From the NCBI GenBank assembly GCA_964057225.1, contig OZ059894.1, positions 15,872,001-15,936,000 on the forward strand: a DNA stretch of 64,000 bases. The letters are read 5' to 3'. A program made the translations under genes and the position numbers. Below the pieces are notes generated by a model. That model was given only the letters and a program-made list of their open reading frames with translations. It searched no databases and was not told the DNA's origin. Within the stretch, counting starts at the first letter, position 1, and each line of letters starts with the position of its first letter. Origin of the DNA: Auanema rhodensis (taxonomy: Eukaryota > Animalia > Nematoda). Of this stretch, positions 23,754 through 37,400 are shown piece by piece.

Positions 23754-26578
23754 ATGTCTGTTGATACATGGCTCCAGACATTTCTCTTATCCTCTTCGAC
23801 AGTGCCATCTCCTACGTCATCCTGTCATAGCTCAGCTAGTACAGCAACTTCACCACATGATGATATCATTGATGTCGGAACATTTGCTGATTGTGATTAT
23901 AAGGTACTAATTATATATATTATATTATTATAATTCTATAAAAAGAAACATTTAATTAGTTATTCCACCAACTGAATTTTTACGTGTCTTATGTTATAGA
24001 AGGAATCAGTCATTCTGAAGCCAGAGCCCGTGAAGCCATTAGATTACTCCTTACAGCTGGCACAACTTCAGATGTTATGGCAGCCTTTTTTGGCTTTATG
24101 CCAAATGCAGAATGCTCTGCCAATAATGAATGTGAGTTTTATTTGGAACTCTCATGCTTTCAGCAGAATACGATCAACAGTATAAATTGAATTAATTAAA
24201 TGACGTTATTTCAGTCACCAACTGAATCACTTGCATCTGTACCATCAATCGATACAATCAAAAGTCAATTCTCATCATCTAGCTCATCATCGTTCTCAAA
24301 TTTATCGTCAACTCCAGCATCTCGCAAACGATCAGCTACTGATTCTCCAACAATGAACGAACGAGCTATCGTGGCGAAAAAACCCACAAAGCTTCGTCGT
24401 TTAGAAGAAGATACCGTAACGTGCTCTCCAGTTAGTGGAATGTTTATTAAGGTATTATACTCATTAATACATCAAAAAACAACTAATATCTTCATTTACT
24501 TTGAACAATTGCTAATATCTATGAAAAACATTAATGGTTAAAGGGGGGATTCTAGTGGATAAGCTATAATTCATTTCTTCTTCGCCTCATTATATTTAGC
24601 CCTTCAAAAAGAAAAAAGCTTTAGACTCTTTTGAGTATTAAGCTTTTCCTTTTCTCTCCTTTTTCTAGTATCGTCAATTAGATTGTCACCGCTTTATATA
24701 GCGATAGAGCAATAATTTGCATCATCTGTCGCCCTCAGATGCTCAATCCAAGCTTCTATTCCATCAAATACCGCCTGCTATCGGCTTCTGTCTTTGCAAG
24801 CTTTTCACCATGACCGACCAATAGATTGAGTTAGACATGTCGTAGTGCCGGCTTGCTTCAACCAAGAGCCAGCAGATAGAGGAGACTGTTTAAAGGATAT
24901 TCATTGATTTGTGTGAACCTCATGCCAAATACGAGACGAACATCTGCTCAATCGTCTTCTTCACGGCTCTCTATGTCTTCCACTCTCTCTATACAAGGAC
25001 ATACTGAATCTGAAAAGAAATAAGCCTTTTCCTTTCTTTTTGCCAGAAAAATGCCGATGAGAACTGATTGAAAGATTGACTGCATAGGCTGGAGAGAGAA
25101 GAGAATTAATTAGACTCACAAGAAGATCCTCTAATATGATTGAGCGCTAGCTTTTTGATATTTTCATTTGACCTATTCAGCTGAATAAGGAGTGCTAGGC
25201 TCATCGAAAACCTTATTAATATGCTAATTAGAAATTAAGTTCAAAAAGAATCTGAGAAACAAAATAATTAAAATCTTAATTAGAATGAATAACAACGTTT
25301 ATGTTTACAGGAAGAGTCGTCGTTACCTCCAGCTGAAGAACTTCAAAAGGAAGCTGATAGTTTAGATGAAACAGCTGCTTATGTTGAAGTTTCTATTGAA
25401 TCTAAACGCAAAATTGCTGAGATTGAGAATGTGATAGGCGATTCCATCTGCTGCCTGTGCAAGGTATCCACTTTCTTTTCTCATATACATACATTAACAA
25501 AACTATATTTAAGGTCAAATATGAAGACGTATTCAAGTTGGCTCAACATCGCTGTCCTCGTATTTCACATGAAGAATACAAATGTCCTGAATGTGATAAG
25601 GTATGTTGAATGATATCTACAATTATAAAAACTAGAAACATCCTCGATCATAAATTATATATGTCCATCTGTGAATTATGGGACAAACAGGAATAATTTG
25701 TATGTATAAGAATAGTTCAAGCTTTTACTTTGACTTTACTATACAGATCAAACCATTCCGATTTGAGCCCAGCAGGTGTCTGACTGGCAGCCAGTCTGCT
25801 TACCTGTCAAACAAACAGGAAGTCTTGTTAGAAGCCGAACTTGTTCGGCAAAGTTAAAAGAAATGTTTCGCGCGAGAACAAGCTATGTCTATTTCTAAGT
25901 ATGTAAACAGATTATGTGCTGTTCCCTTTTCTGTATCCTTATATATCTGTGAGGTAGCTGGTTAGTTAGATATGCTATCGCTGCTCTTAAGTCAGTGGTT
26001 TCTCTTCGTATATGGGATTAAGAGGATTAATCTGAAGGTTCATGTGCAAACAAGCTTCAAGCACATGCGACAGCTGTTTTTCAATCACATCATGCTGTGG
26101 CTTGACCTTGTCTTAGGTCAATGAACCGGCAGGAGACCGGAAGTAGGTATTGCTCAGCTGAAGCTAGATTCACTAACTTAATCTGTAAATAAATAAAAAA
26201 GCGGTAAATGATATAAGAAAGCGGATGGTTTCAAAGAAACATTGCTTTGACTCAAGTGTGTTTAATCTGAATTATATAAAAAACTAAATTAATAAATTTA
26301 AGTTTAAATAAACATTTACTAATTTTCGTATTTTCCAGACATTTTCATGCCCAGCTAATCTAGCTTCTCATCGTCGCTGGCACAGACCTCGTGATGTGCC
26401 CGAAGCTATTCGATGTAACGCATGCCTGCAGAGCTTTTCAACCAAGAAACAACATAAAGCCCATTTGTCGAATTGCTTGGCATCTGCTACATCTCCAGCT
26501 TCCTTAGGAAGCCTGTCATCTCTCTTTACTCCAGGAGTCATGCAAAACCTATCCAATTTGAAGATTGAACTTCATTAG
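23754..26578 (+). CDS. egl-46: INSM1/Nerfin-family C2H2 zinc-finger transcription factor EGL-46 (6 exons)
   Basis: [83 protein letters not shown] acceptor lies 13 nt before the ATG. Confidence 0.93.
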
Positions 26579-27260
26579 TATCAAGTGTCTTCCACCTTTC
26601 TTAATAATCTGTTTTTATTCAAAAAGTTTGGTTTAAAATCAAATAATCCTAAGCTATGCCGTATCTCTCCATGTTCTACTTACTTTGGGTCATGCTTTAA
26701 TGTTGTATATACAACCTTTTTAACCTAAATTTCATTAATATTCCTGCAGTCTGCATTTACTCTGTTATCTTTCATTCATTACATACATACATTCCAAGCT
26801 TTATATAGTGATCTCTAACTGATTATTATACTTAATTACCTGCATAATCCACTACTTAATTTTATTTTTTTCAAATGTTAACTCTTTATTTTAAGAACTT
26901 CTTTTATATATTATACTTTGAGCTGAAAATTAATTCTAGTCACGTGTACAGTACTCACAGGTCTTCAAAATATGTTTGACCTTTTGAAACAAAAAATGTG
27001 GTAAATAGTCATGTTGTATATAGAAATTCCAGTGTTTAACACACAAACTTTGCTGAATTTACTAGTCAGGTTGTATATTATTTTTTTTTAAACTGTTTGT
27101 ATTGTTTTTTTATGTAAACTAACTAGTTATTTATAATATTCAATATATATATACTTTAATTAGTTAAGGAATTGTATTATTTTAATAAAACGATTAGAAT
27201 ATATCATTTAAAACTAAATAAAACAATCAAAACAGCAAATAACAAAAATGCAAAAACATT

Positions 27261-27343
27261 TAGTGCGAGTGGGGTTCGAACCCACGCGGAAATACTTCCA
27301 TTGGAACTTAAGTCCAACGCCTTAACCACTCGGCCATCGCACT
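27261..27343 (-). tRNA. tRNA-Leu (anticodon TAA)
   Basis: Minus strand reads AGTGCGA TGGCCGAGTGGTTAAGGC, anticodon arm TTGGA-CTTAAGT-TCCAA, long variable arm, GGTTCGAACCC T-loop, closing TCGCACT-A. Confidence 0.96.
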
Positions 27344-28410
27344 AGACGAACGACTATACCAAGTTTGTAAATTTCGTTGTCACAAGCATTCAAATTCTGT
27401 GTTTATCCGTACTGGAGCATAATTGAGCTTATTCGCGGAAATTCATATTTCGTCTATGGAAAATAATTATAAAGAACGAAAGTTATTAATTACCAATGTC
27501 AATCGAATAAATATTAGTAGTTGTCGTTTTTTTATCAATTTGTTATCTTCGATAACGAAAAAAGTATGTATCTAATATTAAATAACAATGTTTTTGAATA
27601 TAGGATATGTTAAATATTGAGATTCTGCTGAAAATTGATAACCTGTTGAAATTCTCTGATCTGTTTATTTATCAAAACTATCCCGAAATGTACATATGCA
27701 CACGTCAAAAGAGCTAACAACGGTCAGCCGCACCTTCTAAGTAATCGTTGAATGAACAAATCTATTTCCTGTTTATACAATTCATAAAAAAAAATAACAT
27801 CAGCTGGTTTCTTTGTGGTTTATTTAAAAATTAATTAAACAATATGATATTACTATAGCTGACTTCAGTACTTGAAAAGTTCAATTATGTTCTAAAACAT
27901 TGTTCCAAACTTTAGAAATAAGTAAAGTATTAAGGATAGATTGAAAGATTATTCATTACCTTTTTGGAACTAGATATCTATATAATCATTCAGAATGTCA
28001 AACAATTTTTGAGCATTGATTTATCATCGAACACCAAGTATTTGACTAAGATGACCAGCCGGTTAGCCTAAAAACACTTCTTGTCAGAGGAAAAGGTGTG
28101 GGAGTTATGCACTTTTCGATGTCGATTCTGTGAGAAATCTCTATCATAACCATAAGTTTGAAAAATTCTAGTTTTTTTTCACAAGCAGTTTCTTGATCTG
28201 AGGATAAGACTGAATCCTTCAACTGGTGCTGTGTTTATTTTTTCCCGTGAGCCATGCTTTTGCCGTGATATAAAAGGCATAGTAGACCCATCGCAACATC
28301 AGTCATCCATACATCATTTTTCTTTTTCCTGGAACAATACCCTAACTACCACACCCATATACTTGCCTATATATTTGATATCTGTTGTTCAATTTGTTGT
28401 AAATTTAGAT

Positions 28411-29945
28411 ATGCAAGTTGCTTCTGTATTACTGATTGCACTAGTTGGCCTATCAGCAGCCAAAGAGATTGAAACATCTCGTGCAAAGAGACAAGGTGTC
28501 TACTATGTTTGTGGAAGTAATCCAAATACGTTTGTTTCTCAATATCGTGAGTGATGTATCACTAACTTTCATTTTTAAATTTTCTTCTTGTAACAGCTTG
28601 CTCAAACATAGGAACAAACTGTGGATCTTACAACAATTACTGTAATAATGGAAACAATTTTCCAACAGCTTTTTATAATTCAAATAATAATTGTGGTTGT
28701 AGTAATTTCAATTGTAATTCCTATACCGGTCAATATCTTAATGGGTAATCAGATTCATTTTTCTTAAAGTTCAGTAATTTTAACTTTTTATTTAGTCAAT
28801 ATGTTGCTTACACTGTAGGAACTAACCAATACAGTCCGTGTGCTTCATCTTGTTGTGCAACAGGAAATGGTTTAACCTCTTATTCAGTTGGAAATGGATA
28901 CAACGTGGTTACTGTATCAAACGGTTTTAACAATGGATTCTATGATCCTTACCGTACTGGACTAAATACATTAGCTCCTTTCTACAATCCTTACTCTAAC
29001 ATTAATGGTCTTAATGGTGTTAATACTAACTTTGGTCCAACTTACAATCCCTATGCTAACATTGTATCTCCTCCTTTAAATCAAAATAGTAATGGTGACT
29101 TAAATCCTTCAAACCTATTCAGAACGGCTGCTGCTGCAAGAGGTAAAATATAAAAAAGCTTCTCGATTTTCAAAATATTTTTGTATATACTTTGATATTT
29201 GTGTGCGATGAAAGTCGGACTGTGATCTTTAAAGACGTTTAAAACACCTCTTCAAATTTTTCAAATTACAAAATTTTCAAGTTTATATAGCATTTATTGA
29301 AACAAAATGTATTTTATTATAATTTTGTGTACTCGAAACACTTTGGAAAGCAAATATTTTATATATATATATACATATTTATATAGATATAGAGATATGT
29401 ATATGAAGATAAAATTTTAATAAATTTTTTAAAATATTCTATTAACCTTATTTAAAAAAAAACAACAAAAATAGTCTCTAATCTCTAAGATTATTTTATT
29501 TTGATTAGTGATTCAAAAATGAAAAGAATTTAAGGTCCAACTTGTGGAGATAATGAATCACCTTCTGGATATTGCGTCAACGGATACTGTACAAATGGCC
29601 TTCACTGTGTTCAAGGAAATATTTGCTGTTCTTGCCAAATTGGATCCAATGGAGGTTTTGATTTTCTTAACTTCAAGATCTTTACTTTTATAATATTTAA
29701 AGGAAAGTGTAATTTAAACAGCGATTGCTCAGCTGGTTACACATGCACTCAAAATGGTCACTGCTGTGCTCAGATCGGTTTTAATGGCAGACAGGTAGAA
29801 AGCTTTTACAAAAAAAAAGAAAAAGATTCAAGAAATAAGTAGTTAAAACAATTATTTGCAGTTAGAACGTTGTGATGAGAATAAGAAATGCCCAATAAAC
29901 TTCACCTGTGGAAGTGGAGATATCTGTTATCCACAAGGATTTTAA
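28411..29945 (+). CDS. Secreted Asn/Tyr/Gly-rich protein with C-terminal CC-type cysteine repeats (6 exons)
   Basis: Signal MQVASVLLIALVGLSAA, then SRAKRQ and an N-rich middle. The donor at ~29143 joins in phase to exons reading GPTCGDNESPSGYCVNGYCTNGLHCVQGNICC, CSAGYTCTQNGHCC and CPINFTCGSGDICY. Stop at 29943-29945. Confidence 0.8.
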
Positions 29946-30239
29946 GCTTTGAATACAATTTCTGAATTATTGTTTTTTTTTTAAATTTTATTTGTAAATA
30001 ATAGTTGTTTTATTAAATTTATATTTTTATTCTCAACTATTTAAATAAAATAAATAATTATTTATAATATGTTTGTTATTAATTTTAAAAAAATGATAGT
30101 TACGTTGTGTGTTTTTAAACGAATTACAAAATTAGAATATAATCAAAGATAATAAAACAAAAAGTTTTAAAATTCAATTTTTTTCCTCTGAAAAATCTTT
30201 TTGATTTTCGCCTTTTTTGTTTCTCATTGTTCGATGTAG

Positions 30240-30870
30240 CACATGGGAGCCACGACCTTCTTTTTCGTTTTTAAAGTGGTGTTTCTGCTCATGAAACCCA
30301 CCAAAAAAATGAGAGCTGTTTATGGAGATTTTTCTCCAGCCTACAGCACAACAAAAAAATGATTTGCTCGTTTCAGAACCGATGAAATCGATTTCGCAGA
30401 TCTTCAGAGACCTGGTGACGGTCGTAGAGTGACTTCAGCTCAAGATATTCTGAAATTGAGCCAAATAAGGCGGTTTTCAAAGGGTTGGTGACAGGAGATG
30501 AGAAGTGAATTCTCTACCCAAGGGAGCTCTCTACTATAAGATTTTAGCTTACGATAGAACCATATATGAGGAGCACTATTCTGAGTAACTCAGAAGGCTC
30601 AATTCTGCCATTGAAGCCGCGTGGCGTTGTTGGAAGTAGGAGCGTGGTGTTGTTGCAGGATAACGCGCGTCTTCACTGTTGTGCCTTCGCAGACAATGGA
30701 ACACAGCTTGAGAAGGGAAAGTTTCAAAACTGTAGAGGAAGTTGAACTTTTCATTAAAAAAATGTTCGAGTCTACATCTAAATTATTTTCAGGAATGAAA
30801 TAATTAGTTTAAGAAAGAGATGGGAGAGAGTTCGAAAAATGATCGAAAGATGGGGACAATATTTTCAGCA
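30240..30870 (+). mobile_element. Degenerate, internally deleted mariner transposase relic
   Basis: Remnant motifs in order: FARFRTDEIDFADLQRPG, LVTGDEK*ILY (cf. IVTGDEKW), LLQDNARLH (cf. LLHDNARPH), HSLRRESFKTVEEV...FSGMK, RW. Contains stops and frameshifts. Confidence 0.85.
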
Positions 30871-31173
30871 AAAAATTTTGATTTTTCTATTGGAAAAGAT
30901 AACATTCAAACATTTGCAATTGATAATTTTTATGTATCACAAGTTTAATATGTAATATGACGAATTAATACCCGACCTTGTTCTCTAATTTATCATTTTC
31001 AGATGAAAAAATATAATTAAGTTCCACATTTATTTATTAGACTTCTTATCATTACCTTTCTAATCAATTCGCAATGATTTCCTTTCTAATCAGCTTACAA
31101 TGATTTATGTAGGTGTATCCTCTATATTTAATCCTTTATAAGGCACGTTTTCGCGTTGTTCAATTGATACAAC

Positions 31174-33529
31174 ATGAAAAGTGTTTTACTGGTTTCATCA
31201 CTGTTGGCATTAAGTAAGTCATTTCATTCTTCTATTTTATCACTTTGATCTCAGCTTATGCCAATTGTCCCGATAATTGGACTGAAGGAACTGAAGGAAT
31301 TTGCTACCAGGTTTTATATTTTTATTTTTTGTCCAAGTTATGGAAATGTTATCTTAGTTCGAGCAAAATTCACAAAACATTCAACGTGATGCTTCTTACA
31401 ATTGTCAACGGTTAGGAGGAAATCTTCCTATGATTAAGAATGTTTTTGTAAGTTTTCTCTGGAATAAGGAGTAGACGACACAGTATTATTATAGGAGAAC
31501 GGCATAGTTGCGCAAAAAGCTAGTGCAACCAAAGCTGTATGGGTGGGAATCACTTGTACAGGCTCAGATATTACAGATTGTTATTATGATGATAGAACAC
31601 CACTTACAACAAAATCATATAACAATTTCTTAAAAGGTAATGTTTTCAGAAACTTACAGGAACTGATTTTTCATAATATTTAGGTAAGCCTGATACTTCC
31701 GAGGGAGAATGTGTTTACATGCTCACTTCTGGAAATAGCGCTGGCAAATGGCGCAACATAGATTGTGATGCATTGTCATTTTATTATGTTTGTCAGATTA
31801 ATGAAAACAGTAAGTGTCTGGAAGAGAAACACGAGTTACAATCAATTAACAGTTGTTGATCAACCATGTGAACCTGGATTTTTTCTACATGATAAAAACG
31901 GTCAATGCTACAGTGTGTTAATGGAAATTTTGCCATTTGTTGAAGCAGAAAATGCTTGTTCAAACATGTGCAGTCATGTGGCTACCCCTACATCTCTTGA
32001 GGTATTTTTTCATTCGAAAAATAGATATGTATTGTTTTTAGGAGAATACTTTCCTCACTTCATTAATCAAAAATACTACAGATACTATAGACTATATTCA
32101 TCTAGGAATTGTATATTATTCTGGCAAATACATTGATTCCAATACTGACAAAGAGATCACATACTCAAATTTTGGTAATAACGATGAAAATAATTTCAAT
32201 CAAATGATATTTTGATTTAGGACATAAGGATAATGAATTAGGTGATTGTGTAGGATTATCATTGAATGATGATATCGTTCTTGCCGGAACATGGATTAAC
32301 ACTTATTGTAATAAGCGTCTGTTGTCAGTATGTCAAGCTCGTAAGTATTATCAAACTTTTGAATGAAATCTAGGCGAGGTTTGTATTTTTCTTTTTCCAG
32401 CTCCAAATGCTACGCCATGCAAAAAAACAGCATCAACAACATATTCGCCAATTACACCAAGTTACACATGTGATAAACCACAATATTTAAGTGGAAATGG
32501 AATTGTATGTTTTCATTCTATTTCATAACTTTTCGTATGCTTAAGTATGATATCTAAAAAACATTCTTATGTACAACATTTTTCGATTTAGAAGTATAAC
32601 TTGACAAATTTATTATAACTTGGTATAGATTCTGAAATGTTTCTGAAACCATATTTCAGATGATATACTTTATTTAATCATAAGTTGAATAGAATATATT
32701 GTGTTCTAGGTACGTTCTCCTCAATATCCTAGCCCATATTACAAAGAGGATTGTACTTATATCATTAGCGAACCGAAAGGACAATTAGCTCAAGTTCAGT
32801 TCACGGATATTCAACTTGATACCTCTAGTTCAATTGAGTTATATTATGATCCTTTGGATAAAGTTCCATTCCAGATGTATTTTAATTTATTATCTTTGAT
32901 TTTAATCAATTATGTTATAGCTTAAATACTGATAATGCTGTTGGAATAACTTTTATCTCCCAAGAACCATCTATGAAAATCATCTTCAGAACAAGTTATC
33001 AAGGAAGAAATAACCGATGGTCCTTCAATTATTCATACATAGAAAACAACCTGAGCAGTACACCTTCACCATGCACTTGCAATTGTGAACAACTAGATGC
33101 TCCTGGAGTCGTAAGTTTTTTTTCAACCCAATTTCATACCTTTATTAGATTACTAGCCCCAATTATCCGGACAATTATCCGGAACAAACTTCATGTAGTT
33201 ACTCCCTAAGGGCCCAAATGGGAAAAAAGTTAGTACTATTCATTCTTCTTTAACAATGCCATCTCAATTTTCAGAATCAGAATAAATTTTACTGATGTTC
33301 ATACATCATACTGGGACGTCATTACTGTATATGATAGCATGAGTGCAAATGAAAGAATTGGAGGGTAACACTTTTTAGGATATATTATATTAACTAATTT
33401 TATTCAAGCACTGCGGGAAACCAGACTAAAACATTCACATCCAGTGGAAGATATATGTACATAACATTTATAACTGAGGGTAAATACAGTGATCGTGGTT
33501 TTTCTGCAAATTTTTTTGAAATAGACTAA
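31174..33529 (+). CDS. Secreted C-type lectin with two CTLD and two CUB domains (clec family)
   Basis: Signal MKSVLLVSSLLAL. CTLDs: CPDNWT..ICY, VWVGI, ECVYM..GKW..C..YVC and a second CEPGF..QCY..C unit. CUB motifs SPQYP and PNYPDNYP...ITVYD...MYITF...RGFSA. Confidence 0.85.
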
Positions 33530-34452
33530 AATATAAATAAAAACAAAATGTAATGAAATAAACGAATAATAAATATCTTTATTCATTGTTTTTACTCTAT
33601 TAAAACATTTTGAACAAGATCTACGATACAGATAATTATCGGGCTCAATTAACTGTATTCCTAAATCTTCAAAACAACTTAGATTAAGTATAAAATATTT
33701 GAGATAGTTGACGGATTAAAATATTAAATACCAGAAAGATTGTGGAAGGATGGAATGGGTTATGATCTTGCATTAACTTATAATATTTAGTATTACAAGT
33801 CTGTGCTCTCAAATAACTAGAAGTGGCTCATAATTTATCAGACAGGTCTGAGTAAATAAATTAAGAATTCAGATTAAGAGGACCGGTGAAAGTACAAAAA
33901 ACAAAGAAATTTATTAAGGCTATTCTTTGTCTGTCGAATAAGACAAATTTATAAGTTAAAATCAGTTACTTCCATTCTATAAAATTTCGGCCTAACAAAT
34001 CTTAAAATTTTGATGATATGATGATTCACATATAAAGAGAATCTATTGTCTTCATGACGGATACTTACTTACTGTCAGGGTCGCCTAAATTATTGCAGAA
34101 AATTACAGGATACTGACAATAATATACATTAGGGTAAAGTGTTTGGACAAGAAGCACATAAACCATATCCCGACAACTGAATATACCAAAGAGGATATGA
34201 ATCGCAGGATTGCTATACAACATCAACTTCATCAGTTTCTCAAACTAAAATCAAATATTTTAGTTGAGCATATTATTCCATAAACAAATTTTTTGCTCTG
34301 ATTCAATGATTAATGTTGTAAACTATCCGTAGATAATCCTCATTAAGCGAAAAACTTAGGGAAAAAGCAAACTACATTCATGCGAAAACAAATAAAAGAG
34401 CACAAGCAAGCAGCAAACAAAATAAAAATAGAAACATTATTAAATAATTTGT

Positions 34453-37400
34453 TTATAAACCCTCTCGTCTGGCTTCATCAATAGATTGACGTCGGCTGAC
34501 TCGTCTTTGAAGAGAAGTCCTTCTTGGGTTGATATCTATCAAAGTTGGGAGTCCTTGGGATCCCAAGGAAGCAGAAGAGTTAGCAGCTGTTAAAGACCCT
34601 GGTGTTGGATATTGAGTTGGTTGGAATGTTGATTCTCGAGGTAAAGTGGAGCAGTTTCTTGAAGCAATGTAATTCTGAGAAGCTCCGCGAGGAAGCGAAT
34701 TGAATTCATCTGTAAACCGCAAATATAAGAAACATGCAAAGAAAGATGCAGTGAAATCGTGATCGACGAAGTCCTGATTTTTTTTAGAAATTCCTCATAT
34801 TAGATGTTAACTAAATTAATATCTAGAAAAATACTAAAACTAAAACGCAATAAAAACGATAGCACATGCACAAATGAATGTTAAACTTCTTGATATATTG
34901 CTTTTTACTCCATTAAAATATCCTGAACTTAAAGCTTGGTAACAAAATAGGTTAAATTAAGCGGTATGATAGAATTTAGCAGAAAGGGTAAATCAGAACA
35001 TTCATGCAAATCGTTTGCAACATTAGGATGCAAGTAAACTTTAAACAAATTAAAACGTACTGTAGAATGAGTAGGATTTAAGTTGATTGGAAGGAGCAAG
35101 ACTTGCATGGAACTTGATCTTTGCTACCCATTCCAGCATAGTGCGCTGATCAGTACATGAGAAGATGTAATGGGATCTATCAGCAGCGGTGAGTCTGAAA
35201 TAATAAAAAAACGTTAAAGAAATTAATATGAATAGGAAACCTGAAAGCGTGTTTACGCTTATTATACTCCGTATACGGTTCACAAATCGCACCATAAATG
35301 TACACTGGTGGAGCGGCAGCAACGCTTTCCTTGAAAGCTACTTCATCCTAAGAAGAAAACTCAATGTTTAATCCATGCATAATAGCTAACCTTAAAGAAA
35401 CATAAAAGCTGTCCACAGAGAATTACATAGTGACTCTTCCACGATCGCATGGGGAATCTCGTCCCACCACTAGCTAGGTCTTGCTTACGATCCAGAAAGC
35501 TAAAAGAGACGGAATTAAATCATTAACGTTTACAATGTTACCCAGTCATGTCAATGGCACTGAAATCATCGAAATGGCTAGAAACCCGACTAGATTGAGT
35601 GCGACGGGTTGAAAATCCAGTAGTGCGATGATCAGTTTCTACATTTGCAGCTGGAGCCAGTTGGGTTCCTGTACCAATGGTTGTTGAATCTTACAAAATT
35701 TTAATATATTAAAAAAGAAAATGTTTTGGTTACCGATAATAGCGGTTCTGCTTCTCTCTCGTCTATCCAAAGGACGTGGAAGTGTATTAGTCATATTATT
35801 TTCTTCGGCAGCACGAGTGACCGATATTTCCTGAGTCTTTCTTCTCTCGCGATTCTTTCTACGATCTCCGAGAATATTTCCTTTTTCTACTCTAATAGTA
35901 TCTCGGCGACGCTCGTCTTCAGCAATTCGGGCACGTTCACTCTCAAAATAAACAATAAAAAATATTATGCATATAAGGACATACTTCTTTACGACGAAGT
36001 TTGCTGAAGTTTTGTTCAATTAAAGTCAGCTTCTTGACGCCTTCACAACGATCTGATTGAGAATTTACAGTTACGAGGAAATCATCATAATCACGGAGGT
36101 GCGACTCAACAGTTTCAACAGAATCATAATGTCTCCAATCCTCTCCTGTAAAGTATGTATTAGTTTTAACAAAATATTTTCTTATATGTACCTAAAAGAG
36201 ATTCTCTTTCACTCAGCCAATGTTCTAATTCAGTAGCATTCTGCTTCCATAATTGGCAATCTGTGTTCTCAGTGTAAAGTTCATGACGATCCTTCCATAC
36301 TTCACAGAGCACTGCCCACGATTTTTCAAGGAATGCAACCTGTACAAATCAAAATAAAAAATTTCTTCAACATTTTTTAACCTTTTCAGAGATTTCTTGA
36401 GCGAGTACATGTCCGTTTTGAATCATATTTTTACCCTTGCTGACGAAGTCGTCAACATGTCCTTTCCTTCCTTGCATCTGAAGTATGATATATTAAAAAA
36501 CTAATTATGCCAAAGAAACAGACTTCAAGGTTATGTTCGTCATGCTTACGAGACACAGCTTCACACCCTGGAACATCTCTGGGTAAAGTTTCGGATGTCA
36601 TGAGTGTCTGCATTTTTTTCATCCATTGAATAAGTTCACGATATTCCTGAAATCAACATATGGTTGAATGGAAATGACCCGATCTGTTACCTGGAAGTAA
36701 GCTTGGAGATTCTCTAAATGGAGTAGACGATTATGATGCTTCTTGGCGGAATCAAGAATATCCTTAAGCTGCTCTTCCATATCCATTTTTCTAACTTCGA
36801 GATGTTCACGAGTGTTGGGGAAAGCAATCCACAAACGCTCAGCTTCGTTGCAAAGCTCGATTACTTGCTTTTCAACAGCCTTAAGTCCGTGAGCAAACTC
36901 TTCATAACGCTGCATCTGAGATTTCACAGCAGCAAGATCGGCTTGAGACAAATCTTCCTGCTCAAGCGCGACTCCAGTAGCTTCCTTATCCTATTTTGGA
37001 AAATAAGAAATTATTAACAGAAGCCTGAAAAATACATACCCCAAGCCAATTAAGAATTTGATCCGCATCTTGATCAAATTTGTGCACTTGCTTAGCTCCA
37101 GCCAGGTCTTGCTGGCGTTCAGTAGCAGCTCGGTTGACCGTATGCCATAATTCAAGAAGGTCTGTTCCCTTGGCACGAATAGAAGCTGCATAAGGATGAC
37201 CACTTCTTAGAAGCTCTTCTTGAGCTCTCTGTACACCGGCAACTCTTTCTCCCGCGGCTGCTAACTCTCTCACAACAGATTCGAACTTTTCGATAACATC
37301 AATACAATCCTCTAAATCTCTACCATATTCTTCAGAGGAAGCGATCTTAAATTTCAATATCATTTATATCAATTAAGAGTTTTCAAACCTTTTCTTTTTC

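Noticed and set aside
30958-30980. Right terminal inverted repeat of the mariner relic
   Set aside because: Loosely TIR-like, but no matching left copy is visible.
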